Origin: Bdellovibrionales bacterium
GTDB lineage: Bacteria > Bdellovibrionota > Bdellovibrionia > Bdellovibrionales > UBA1609
DNA: 64,000 nt
Reading direction: 5' to 3'
Assembly: GCA_965203785.1 (NCBI GenBank)
Contig: OZ241911.1
Location: forward strand, 23,760-87,759
The notes below the pieces were generated by a model. The model was not told the DNA's origin. It saw nothing but the letters and a program-made list of their open reading frames with translations, and searched no databases. The position numbers were made by a program, and so were the translations under genes. Shown here in pieces: positions 1-8,672 of this stretch (its first letter is position 1; each line of letters starts with the position of its first letter).

Positions 1-453
1 ATAATAGCAGGACCTACCGAAAGATATTATTGGTCTGTAGTACTCCCTGAGCAACTAGAAGTAATGAAAATTAGAATAGTTCGTTGTTTAAAAAAACAAC
101 AAGTAAAAATACACCACAATTTTAAAGAAACAGAAGAATTAGATATACTTACACGCAACAAAAAAGCAAAAAAAATACAAGAAAAATATGAAGACGCTTA
201 TGATTATTGTAGTGATAAAGCAGATAGAGAAGTTTTTGGTGAGTGGGAATTCAGATGGGCATATATGAATCCAGGTTATTGGGCGACTATGCTCACCAGA
301 AATGATATGAAAAGCATTACTAAAATACAAACTGAAGCATCAGAAAATTATAAATGGTTTCGATACTTTCATGATATTTTAACAGAAAATGATTCTGATA
401 ATGATGGTTATTATTATTATGACAATTATAAAGATGATGCTGGATCATGGTGA
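1..453 (+). CDS. hypothetical protein, 3' part (frame open to window start)
   Basis: The frame of ORF 64..453 stays open upstream to nt 1 (IIAGPTERYYWSVVLPEQLEV precedes the first Met). Tyr/Asp-rich tail YYYYDNYKDD. No recognisable motif. Confidence 0.35.
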   Translation: MIAGPTERYYWSVVLPEQLEVMKIRIVRCLKKQQVKIHHNFKETEELDILTRNKKAKKIQEKYEDAYDYCSDKADREVFGEWEFRWAYMNPGYWATMLTRNDMKSITKIQTEASENYKWFRYFHDILTENDSDNDGYYYYDNYKDDAGSW

Positions 454-608
454 TGATGTTAATGATTGGTTTATTCATAATATAGAAAAAGCAGATCTAA
501 GAACAGTCAACCTAAGCTAAAAGATTTGAGAAAACGAGGCTTTTTTATTCTCTAGATCCACACATTGTGCATCTATTTACTATGTCTCTTTATAAGTTAA
601 GTAACAAT

Positions 609-2357
609 TTAATTAGAAGGTTTAATAAGCGTTTTTAATGTATCTATATTACTGAACTCTGATTTTTGTTGAATTTTCCAGTCACCCCTTTTTGATCCCT
701 TTTTTACAAAACCATCTCTTTCCCATTTTTGAAATAATTTGGATAACTGTACAGCTTCTGACTGACTATCAGTGGACATTCCTAAAATCTCTCTGGCTTC
801 TTTGTTATTTATAAATCCTTTTTTGTTATCCATATAAGAATATTCTTGTAAAATACTTTTAAAATCTAATTCCTCTGATTGAGAAAACACTTTTGATTCT
901 TGTCCTTCTAATTGATTTTTAACCCATCTTTTTAAAAGAATTTTTGGCACCACTTTATTATCCTGATTTTTTGTGGAAATAAGTAAAAAAGGAGATTTTT
1001 TATCTTTTAAAATATCCCAAGTGAGCTGCTGATGGTAACTGTCCATGTAAGATAAAATATCTTCTAATGTTTGATCTATCCATAAAATCAAAGCACTAGA
1101 TATTTTATATTTATCTGCATTATTTTTATATATTTTTTTAAAACGATCAAAAAGTTGTAAGAGATTCTTATTAGGTTGTTCATTATATAATGTAACTGAT
1201 AGTATTGCATAATCATTTGAAATTTTTTGGCAGTCAAATGAAGGTTCCCTTCTACCACTTTCAATCATAATTTTAAAAATCTTATTTTTGCCAGTTCCAA
1301 GATCATCCGAAAAATTTGCTGCTCTAAGTATTTTCATTAAAAAAGGGTTATGAGAAAAATGCTCTTTAGAAAATTTTTTGTTAACTAAATATGCAGATTC
1401 TAATGAACAATAATTAGAAACTCTAATTCTATTTTTATATAACTCAACTTTTATTTCTCTATGTTGTTTTTCAAAAGCAGAATGTGCAATAGCATTTACA
1501 AGAATTTCTCTTAGTACAAGATATGGATAAGGTTCTTCTTCTGTCATTGATAAAGAACCAGTCTTTAAAGTAATAGGTTTTGAGCGTGTCCAAGACTGAA
1601 TTTGGTTAATAAAACTATTTTGCAATAAGCGATATAAACCTTTTTCTTCTTTTTGATCTAACGGCTCATCCTCTCCCTTATAATGAATAACCCTAAAAGA
1701 AAAATCTCCAAATAAAATACCTGATACATTTTTATTTTTTATATCTAGTTTAGATAAAATATTATTTACAGATGAATCTGTCCAATCACCATTACTTTCT
1801 GGTAGAAAATTTACAAAATCCAATACTAAAGAGGAATTAATGCTTCCTGTATATTTTAAATTTGAAAAATCAAGTCCTGGACGCTTTAATTCTAAAGCTT
1901 TTTTTTCACCAGATGACATTTCTGAAGTCTGAGAACCTGTTCTTTTATAAAATTTGTTGTTCCATGCGACAGGATAACCAGGATCTACTATTTCAATAAA
2001 TATGCATTTCGTGTTATTTATATTTTCAATAGAAATATGTAGCACTGTAGAACTAGGTTTTAAGTACTCTCTCACATGATTTTCTATTTTACCTTTTTGA
2101 TTTGTAAGATTGTCTAATTGATTATCAAGTAGATCACCATTGTCGTTTACCCCTATAATTAACCAACCCTTTTTATTTTTATTACCAATGGCAGAAATAT
2201 GCCTTCCATGGCTTTGTTCCCATTGTTGTTTGAACTCAATGTGTTCATTTTCTGTTAGTGACCTATTGCATAATTTATTTAGTATATGTTCTTTTGAATA
2301 CAGTTCCATATTTGATTCCATACTTGAGAAGTCTAAATCTAAATTAGTAAAAAACAA
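609..2357 (-). CDS. AlbA_2 (Schlafen-like) + HATPase_c_4-type putative DNA-binding ATPase/regulator
   Basis: 582-aa ORF. N-terminal AlbA_2-type motif HIEFKQQWEQ...KGWLIIGVNDNG. Central RecG-C/HATPase_c_4-like EILVNAIAHS...DDLGTGKNKIF. Assignment is from motif memory. Confidence 0.65.
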   Translation of the reverse strand: MFFTNLDLDFSSMESNMELYSKEHILNKLCNRSLTENEHIEFKQQWEQSHGRHISAIGNKNKKGWLIIGVNDNGDLLDNQLDNLTNQKGKIENHVREYLKPSSTVLHISIENINNTKCIFIEIVDPGYPVAWNNKFYKRTGSQTSEMSSGEKKALELKRPGLDFSNLKYTGSINSSLVLDFVNFLPESNGDWTDSSVNNILSKLDIKNKNVSGILFGDFSFRVIHYKGEDEPLDQKEEKGLYRLLQNSFINQIQSWTRSKPITLKTGSLSMTEEEPYPYLVLREILVNAIAHSAFEKQHREIKVELYKNRIRVSNYCSLESAYLVNKKFSKEHFSHNPFLMKILRAANFSDDLGTGKNKIFKIMIESGRREPSFDCQKISNDYAILSVTLYNEQPNKNLLQLFDRFKKIYKNNADKYKISSALILWIDQTLEDILSYMDSYHQQLTWDILKDKKSPFLLISTKNQDNKVVPKILLKRWVKNQLEGQESKVFSQSEELDFKSILQEYSYMDNKKGFINNKEAREILGMSTDSQSEAVQLSKLFQKWERDGFVKKGSKRGDWKIQQKSEFSNIDTLKTLIKPSN

Positions 2358-2370
2358 ATATATATTTTTA

Positions 2371-2750
2371 TAGTCAGACTACACGCAGACTACATTTGTT
2401 ATTTAAGTACTTAATTTTACAAGACTTTTTTAATCAACAAAATGTAAAACTAGCCCTATTTAACCAGACTACACGCAGACTACATAAATTATAATACATA
2501 AGCCTTCTAAACCTTCTAGAATATATGTAGTTTTAAAGTATTTTTCAGCCATTTTTTTTAGATAAGCCTGTTTTTATGAGGCTACAACGAAGCTATAGTC
2601 AGACTTACACGCAGACTACATTTGTTATTTAAGTACTTAATTTTACAAGACTTTTTTAATCAACAAAATGTAAAACTAGCCCTATTTAACCAGACTACAC
2701 GCAGACTACATAAATTATAATACATAAGCCCTCTAAACCTTCTAAAATAT
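2371..2750. repeat. two ~155-bp direct repeats carrying four 20-bp CAGACTACA-CG-CAGACTACA sites
   Basis: Copies lie at 2371-2525 and 2596-2750 and are near identical, with one 1-nt indel. The 20/21-bp sites lie at 2375-2394, 2465-2484, 2600-2620 and 2691-2710. The array starts 14 bp upstream of the start of the 609..2357 gene. Confidence 0.9.
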
Positions 2751-2931
2751 GAATAGAAATTAATAAATAGCTTCTTTAAGACAGAAAATTTAACTGCCGA
2801 TAACAAAACTTATTCTGTTTGATATTATAGGATACTTTTTAAATTAGAAAATCATAAAATGATAAGATTTTTTGGATTCTAAGTTCTTATACAGAAATAG
2901 CAACTAATAAGAAAATAACTATTTAAAGATG

Positions 2932-3975
2932 TTAAGAATATTTTTTTTGTATTTTTTTAATTTCTGCTTTTGAAAGTCCTGTTACTTTGCAAATAATATG
3001 AGTATCCAACTTGTTTTTTAACATATTCAAAATCACTTGTTGCCTCTCAGATTGCCGACCTTCTTGCCGACCTTCTTTTCGGGCTTCATCTAACGAAATC
3101 TGTAATGGTGGCATAACTCTTTCCTCCTCTTTTATTACCTTACTTTCAATATCTACAAATACCTTCCAATTAAAACTCGGATCATACCTCCTAATGTAAT
3201 CCACAGCCCTATCTATTAAAAACTGCCTCCTCTTTTTGCTTAAACCCCGACTTAATACAAATAACTTCTCTACCTTCTGTTCGTCTAAATCCCATATATG
3301 CTTTAATATAAATAACACAGGACGTGATGTCAAGTTACTGGCTCTCTTCTGAAAATCTAAAGCCTGTATGTTCAGCAAACGACAGGTGAAATTTAACACA
3401 TTCTTTCCAAATCTCTGCCTTAAATGAGAAGTAAAATTATCCAGACTATTATGAAACTCCAATGGTCCATTCCATTTTTTAGCCTTACCTTGATACACTA
3501 AAATGGGAATAACAGGATAATTAAAGCGACTATACATGCCCAATTGATAATGGAGCATTTGTGTAAGCATTTTAGAATCTTGTCTGCTCTTATGCTCTAA
3601 AAGAAACAATAGTTTAACTGGTTTTTGAGAGCTTTTAAGTTGAACTGAAAACTGAAGATCTGTTCTTTTTTCTCGGTGTTCTTTGTCAATAAATGTGTTG
3701 AGTTCTGATTTGAGAGTTTTCCAGTTAAACAGTTTGAATTCTTGCTCGTTAAATACAAGCCGAAAAATATCCACAGCATACATGGGTTTTGAAAAAGTTT
3801 CTTTAAATAAAATATCGTGCAGAAAAACTTTGGTGTCTTTAGAAGGAGATTTTTTTAATAGTGCTTTTTTAGATAAATGTTTATTAGATAGAGTTTTATT
3901 AGACACTGGTTTAAGTGAGATTTTCTTATGAGAAGTTATTTTTTTAGTGTTTTTTGTTTTTATTTTTTTCATCAA
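2932..3975 (-). CDS. Rpn-family recombination-promoting nuclease / putative transposase (YhgA-like, PD-(D/E)XK)
   Basis: 347-aa ORF. Motifs HDILFKETF, KLLFLLEHKS and the C-terminal EGRQEGRQSERQQVILNML block are typical of the Rpn/transposase_31 family. Confidence 0.75.
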   Translation of the reverse strand: MMKKIKTKNTKKITSHKKISLKPVSNKTLSNKHLSKKALLKKSPSKDTKVFLHDILFKETFSKPMYAVDIFRLVFNEQEFKLFNWKTLKSELNTFIDKEHREKRTDLQFSVQLKSSQKPVKLLFLLEHKSRQDSKMLTQMLHYQLGMYSRFNYPVIPILVYQGKAKKWNGPLEFHNSLDNFTSHLRQRFGKNVLNFTCRLLNIQALDFQKRASNLTSRPVLFILKHIWDLDEQKVEKLFVLSRGLSKKRRQFLIDRAVDYIRRYDPSFNWKVFVDIESKVIKEEERVMPPLQISLDEARKEGRQEGRQSERQQVILNMLKNKLDTHIICKVTGLSKAEIKKIQKKYS

Positions 3976-4128
3976 CAGTTAAATAAATTTTCTTTTTCAA
4001 AGAAGAGTTTGTAGTATATTTTATATAGGTAAGACAGATAGTTTATTTTTGTCAATATAATTATTTCTTTTTTCTGATAAAAATATGATCAAATTAGAAA
4101 ATAAATATATAAGGAATGTAATGATTAA

Positions 4129-4374
4129 ATGAATGAAAAGATATTAGAAGTAAAAGGACCAGCTAAAGGTATCATTAAAAAAATGATGCCTGAAATTGGC
4201 TTTGGTTCTATTTGGGATAAAAAAAATAAACAAGATGTGTACTTTTCTACTGTAACTAATTTTACCAACACTGCTTATGAAAAACTAAATGAAGGGGATA
4301 TTATAGAATGTTTAGTGGTTAGAACTGCCAGAGGTTTGTTTGCAAAAGAACTATCTTTAAAAGAACCATATTAG
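4129..4374 (+). CDS. cold-shock-domain-like small OB-fold protein
   Basis: 81 aa. The pattern G-IKK..GFGSI...DVYFS...L.EGD.IEC.....RG.FAKEL resembles the CSD consensus. Confidence 0.45.
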   Translation: MNEKILEVKGPAKGIIKKMMPEIGFGSIWDKKNKQDVYFSTVTNFTNTAYEKLNEGDIIECLVVRTARGLFAKELSLKEPY

Positions 4375-4490
4375 CCAATAGTCATAATCTGGGATATAAT
4401 GCTCCACTCCGAGACCAATTCTGCCCATTTTTCCCGAGTGGGAAAAATGGGCAGGAATGGGTTTTTTCAGAATTTGCACAAGCTTTTATA
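4371..4490 (+). repeat. conserved ~115-nt intergenic element A, copy 1 (strong hairpin plus T-run)
   Basis: Roughly 85-90 percent identical by eye to 12987-13100, in the same orientation. It has a perfect 15-bp stem, 4421-4435 / 4440-4454 (CTGCCCATTTTTCCC gagt GGGAAAAATGGGCAG), followed by GAATGGGTTTTTT. A TATAAT sequence lies upstream at about 4395. Confidence 0.85.
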
Positions 4491-4676
4491 GCTTTTTTGA
4501 ATAACAATCTTAATCAGTACACAGGTGTATAACTTAAAAAGAACCTATTAAAGAAAAAACTTCTAAGGTTTCAAATTTTAAAACCGATAAACATAAGTAA
4601 AAATAACAAAAAATTAGAGCTGAAAAATAAGCTACAAGAATTTTAAGGCAATTTTTAATATTGGAGTTCAACCATC

Positions 4677-5690
4677 ATGTCACTGCATGATTTTATAGAA
4701 TTATTAAATAGTAATCTAAATTACATTATATATACTGCTATTGGTTTAATGATTATCTTTTTTGTTCTAGAGTTAAAAAGTTTTAAGCAAGAAGTTTTTA
4801 AAGACTATAAACCTATCATTATCAGTACAGGAGTAGTAGGAACTTTTATAGGGATATTTTTAGGATTATGGGAATTCAATACAAAAAATATTGCAGAAAG
4901 TGTACCAAGCCTTTTAGAAGGTTTAAAAATGGCATTTATAACATCTATTGTTGGTATGTTTTTCTCTATAGTATTGTCTGTTATTGAAAATTGGAATAAG
5001 AAAGAATCATCAGATATATCAGATATACTAATAAACATTAGGAAAGACATTAATAGCCAATTTAAAACACTAAATGAATCTTTAAATAACTCTATGAAAA
5101 ATGTATCCCAAGGGGCTACAAATGAAGTTATTAATGCTCTGAATGGAATTATCAGTGACTTTAATACAAATTTAAAAGAACAATTTGGAGAAAACTTTAA
5201 GCAATTAAATGAAGCTGTCAAAAAAATGATAGAATGGCAAGAAACTTATAAAACCTCAATAGAAACATTAGAAACAAATCTTAAGCGGTCCATAAATAAT
5301 ATTGAAAAAACTGCTAATTATACAGAGCAGTTTAGTAAAAATTATGAAAAAATATCTGAAGTTAGCAATAGATTAAAAAGTATTCTTGAAGTTAACCAAA
5401 AACAAATCAACGATATGGAAGAGCATTTAACTAATTTAAGCAAAATAGGAAAAGAAGCAAATCTAATTACCCAATCAATAAATGATTTTTCAAAAGCAAT
5501 ACAAAAATCCTTATCTGAACAATCAGCAGGTTTAAATAATTTGAATAAGGAGTTATCCAGTCAAACAGAAACCTCTTTAGGTAATTTGAATAAAGCTCTT
5601 ACCTCTTTAACTGATAAGTTTAGAACAGACTATGAAAATTATTTAAATAAATTCAAGGAGCTTTTAGATAAATTAAAAGTGAATCAATAA
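4677..5690 (+). CDS. MotA/ExbB/TolQ-like proton-channel protein with long coiled-coil tail (ZorA-like)
   Basis: 337 aa. Three N-terminal TM helices with GVVGTFIGIFLGL and LLEGLKMAFITSIVGMFFSIVLSVI, then about 220 aa of N/K/E-rich coiled coil. Confidence 0.7.
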   Translation: MSLHDFIELLNSNLNYIIYTAIGLMIIFFVLELKSFKQEVFKDYKPIIISTGVVGTFIGIFLGLWEFNTKNIAESVPSLLEGLKMAFITSIVGMFFSIVLSVIENWNKKESSDISDILINIRKDINSQFKTLNESLNNSMKNVSQGATNEVINALNGIISDFNTNLKEQFGENFKQLNEAVKKMIEWQETYKTSIETLETNLKRSINNIEKTANYTEQFSKNYEKISEVSNRLKSILEVNQKQINDMEEHLTNLSKIGKEANLITQSINDFSKAIQKSLSEQSAGLNNLNKELSSQTETSLGNLNKALTSLTDKFRTDYENYLNKFKELLDKLKVNQ

Positions 5691-5711
5691 ATTTTATATA
5701 AGGATATAAAA

Positions 5712-6518
5712 ATGCACTTAAAGATAACCCAATTTGAAGATCTTTTGATATCTGTTAAAAAATTTGGAGTTACATTTTTATCAAATACAATAATAAAAGA
5801 AATGAAAAAAGAAAAAAAACAGTTTGAAAATGAAGGATTAGATACAGATTTATCAGATGTATTTGCAACCAATAATCAAGAACTTTTTATTATTTTAAAA
5901 AATGGTGATATTAGAAGATCTATAATTCATATTGTAGATATATCTTCTTGGAATGTATCATGGGGGTATCCAAGGTTTCATATTGATAAATGTGAAAAAA
6001 TAGAAGAAATGATAAATAATAATAGAGGATTTCGATATAAGGCTTCTAGCAGAGATGATGGTCAGTTTTATTTAATTAAAAAAGAAAGAAAATGGTATGA
6101 ATCTCTTGAAATATGTAGTCATTGCCTTGAGCTATATAACAAACAGTTTAAATCGCAAAAAACTAAACAAAATTTTCCACTTCAAGAATACATAAAAAAA
6201 CCAATAGAGCATTCAGGATTTAAAGATATACAAATAGATCACTGTACTGTCCCTAATATTTATACAAATAGCTGGCGAGATATTTCTTTAACAGTAAAAA
6301 AGCAAAATAACTATTTATGCTCTATTTGTAATAAAGATTTGTCAAAACCAGAATGTAGAAAATTTTTACATACTCATCATATTAACTCTAACAAAAAAGA
6401 CAATACCAGAGAAAACTTACAAAGTTTATGTATTAAATGCCATTCCAAAGAATATAATCATAGTCATATAAAACAAAGTGAAGCTTATAAAGCATATTTA
6501 AATAGCAATTGCTGTTAA
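5712..6518 (+). CDS. HNH endonuclease domain protein (ZorE-like position)
   Basis: 268 aa. C-terminal motif CSICNKDL...HTHHINSNKKDNTRENLQSLCIKCH (HNH). The N-terminal ~200 aa are unassigned. Confidence 0.75.
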   Translation: MHLKITQFEDLLISVKKFGVTFLSNTIIKEMKKEKKQFENEGLDTDLSDVFATNNQELFIILKNGDIRRSIIHIVDISSWNVSWGYPRFHIDKCEKIEEMINNNRGFRYKASSRDDGQFYLIKKERKWYESLEICSHCLELYNKQFKSQKTKQNFPLQEYIKKPIEHSGFKDIQIDHCTVPNIYTNSWRDISLTVKKQNNYLCSICNKDLSKPECRKFLHTHHINSNKKDNTRENLQSLCIKCHSKEYNHSHIKQSEAYKAYLNSNCC

Positions 6519-6526
6519 GAGGAATT

Positions 6527-7228
6527 ATGAAATCCACTAAAGAATGGATTAGTATATCAGATATGATGACTGGCTTGATGATGATATTTTTATTTATCTC
6601 TATCATAGAGATACATCAAGTTAAGGAAGAAAGTAAACAACATAATGATTTGGTAAAAAAAATTAAAAAAATTACAAAAGATTACATCAATTATAAAGAA
6701 TTAATTAATGAAAACCTTACAAAAGAATTTAAAAAAGATTTAGAAAAATGGAGAGCTGAAATGATCGCAGACTCTTTAGTGATTAAATTTACATCCCCTG
6801 ATATCATGTTTTCTCCAGAAAAAAGTGAAATAAAAAAAGAATTTAAAGAGATTTTAAATAGTTTTTGTCCCAGGTATTTTAAAATACTTTACACATTAAA
6901 AGAAAAAATAGATGAAGTGAGAATTGAAGGACATACATCAAAAGATTGGGCAGGAACAACAAAAAAAGAAGCTTACTTTAAAAATATGAAATTATCACAA
7001 GATAGATCTAGATCAGTATTGCATTATTGTATAGAAAATCAAAATATTAGAAAAGAAACTTATGAATGGGCTTTGAGCAAATTAACAGCAAATGGTTTGT
7101 CTTATAGTAGAAGAATATGTAAGTATGATATTCTTAGGTGTCGTAAGGCAAATAGAAGAGTAGAATTTCGTATTCAGGTAAAAGAAGTTCAACAAACTAT
7201 TACAAATTTATTACAAAATAAAAAATAA
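6527..7228 (+). CDS. MotB/OmpA-like peptidoglycan-binding stator protein (ZorB-like)
   Basis: TM segment with conserved Asp (WISISDMMTGLMMIFLF). OmpA-like C-terminus (RIEGHTS, LSQDRSRSV, NRRVEFRI). The ATG at 6527 is preceded by AAGAGGA. The track start at 6509 is an alternative. Confidence 0.8.
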   Translation: MKSTKEWISISDMMTGLMMIFLFISIIEIHQVKEESKQHNDLVKKIKKITKDYINYKELINENLTKEFKKDLEKWRAEMIADSLVIKFTSPDIMFSPEKSEIKKEFKEILNSFCPRYFKILYTLKEKIDEVRIEGHTSKDWAGTTKKEAYFKNMKLSQDRSRSVLHYCIENQNIRKETYEWALSKLTANGLSYSRRICKYDILRCRKANRRVEFRIQVKEVQQTITNLLQNKK

Positions 7229-7446
7229 AACAATATAAAAAAATGTCAATCCACACAGTCACCAAACTAATTAATCAATAAACATGACATACCACTTTTT
7301 TAGTTCCAGAAAAAAAATTGTTATAAGTATCTTACTTTAGTGTATGTGAGCAATAAATAACAATGATACAACAATTTTATGCTCTTAGTTCATAAAAAAT
7401 TAACTAATTCTATTTTTATAGAATAAACTAGTAAGCTCTTTAGATT

Positions 7447-8055
7447 CTAAGAAAAATCTTTAGGCTTAAAATTGGCTTTGTTAGTAATACGAGAACTATT
7501 ACCTGTAGCTTTTATCACAAACAACCCTTTTTTTTCAGCATACTTATCCGCACCTTGCTGTACCCGTAAATACGCTATAGCACCATATACTACTTTGTCT
7601 CTATATTCCCTAAAATAACGAGTGAAATCTCGTAATACATCTAAAAAATGATCTACATCCTTTTTATTGCAATCACTTTTAACTTCTAAAGCTACAACCT
7701 CTTTACCATTACGAGCTAAAATGTCGATCTCACATTCTTTATCTTCTTTATTAAGTTTTGTAGCTTTAATCACTCCCTTTACTCTATTTGCTGTACCATC
7801 AATTTTAATACCTTTTTCTGCTAACTTTTTTAATAGATCACCTTCTACTAAACTTTCTACTAACTTACCCCAATTATTGCTGAAAGTACCAAAAACTTTG
7901 TCTATTTTTTTATCAGTTTCTTTCATTTGCTGGGCAGTTTCTTTTTGGATCTCTCGTATCTCTCGCATTTCTATATCGTGTTTTTTTTGTGCAAGAGCAG
8001 TTTCTTTTAAAATTCGTCTAATTTCTGCAAAAGTAGGTGCAAGTTGCCGATCCAT
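7447..8055 (-). CDS. coiled-coil + PD-(D/E)XK-like nuclease-fold protein (DUF3782-like), copy 1
   Basis: The start at MDRQLAPT is preceded by AAGGAG. Core motif ECEIDILARNGKEVVALEVKS (D...E-x-K). Paralog of 9492..10142. Confidence 0.55.
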   Translation of the reverse strand: MDRQLAPTFAEIRRILKETALAQKKHDIEMREIREIQKETAQQMKETDKKIDKVFGTFSNNWGKLVESLVEGDLLKKLAEKGIKIDGTANRVKGVIKATKLNKEDKECEIDILARNGKEVVALEVKSDCNKKDVDHFLDVLRDFTRYFREYRDKVVYGAIAYLRVQQGADKYAEKKGLFVIKATGNSSRITNKANFKPKDFS

Positions 8056-8184
8056 TATATTCTCCTTTTTAGGATTATCTAAGTTTAGATGATATAATTT
8101 TTTGATTAAAAAAGCAAGTGTAAAAATCAACTAATTTGTAGTTTTTTATCTGTAGTTTAACGATAAATCTGTAGTGTAATAATA

Positions 8185-8352
8185 ATGACCTGCGTGTCCA
8201 ACTTCAACCAAAATTAAGTTAAAGAATAAGGAACGCGAGGTCTGGTATTTATAATACATTTATATAATAAAAAAATAATAGAGAGTCAAGTTTATTAATA
8301 TCATTTCTTTACCAATTACCAAAAAAAGGAAAGTAATTATATCGACAAAAAT
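8185..8352 (+). repeat. repeat B copy 1 (Rpn upstream-region-derived element with hairpin)
   Basis: Near identical to 15414-15581. Its 3' part resembles the reverse complement of the region upstream of the intact Rpn gene (about 4040-4100). Imperfect hairpin: GACCTGCGTGTCC ... GGAACGCGAGGTC. Confidence 0.85.
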
Positions 8353-8422
8353 AGAAAAAATTATCATTAATATCATTAGTCAAAATTCTTTCTTTATGAG
8401 AATATATAATAAGGAGTTATTT

Positions 8423-8672
8423 GTATTAAGTTGGGGGTTTAAGTAAAAAAAGAAGGCAGTTTTTAATAGATAGAGCTGTGGATTATATTCGAAGATATGA
8501 CCTAAGCTTTAGTTGGAAGGTATTTGTAGATATTGAAACTCAAGTAATAAAAGAGGAGGATAGAGTTATGCCACCATTACAAATTTCATTAGACGAAGCC
8601 TATCAAGAAGGCTATGAAGAAGGTTACCAAGAAAGCTTAAAACAAGAAGGATTATTCTCGGGCCTAAGATAA
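8423..8672 (+). pseudogene. Rpn-family gene remnant (C-terminal fragment, disrupted frame)
   Basis: Translation DYIRRYDLSFSWKVFVDIETQVIKEEDRVMPPLQISLDEA matches the C-terminus of the 2932..3975 protein. Upstream homology contains stops. Confidence 0.8.

Noticed and set aside
4805-5221. Antisense or alternate-frame ORFs nested inside longer motif-supported genes. The set includes 139..330, 2140..2373, 3011..3199, 3597..3931, 7667..8092, 8832..9080, 10681..10917, 14382..14744, 16809..17069, 19095..19619, 20385..20895, 22353..22586, 23543..23755 and 24482..24667. It also includes 25821..26075, 27210..27582, 28472..28910, 29692..29928, 33437..33637, 39338..39644, 41090..41314, 41709..42293, 48725..48931, 51338..51520, 52250..52450, 53071..53274, 54205..54611, 55880..56068, 57732..57995, 58768..58965 and 61524..61760.
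   Set aside because: Each lies wholly or largely inside a longer ORF with clear family motifs on the opposite strand or in another frame. Their translations are low-complexity, Ser/Leu/Phe-rich products typical of antisense reading in AT-rich DNA.
7447-8130. Longer N-terminal extensions of several track ORFs: 7447..8130, 8624..9292, 35251..35775, 34320..34712, 24149..25009, 55934..56881 and 61715..62779.
   Set aside because: Internal ATGs preceded by Shine-Dalgarno-like sequences coincide with the start of paralog or family homology or with signal peptides. The extensions add hydrophobic or low-complexity sequence or overlap upstream genes.
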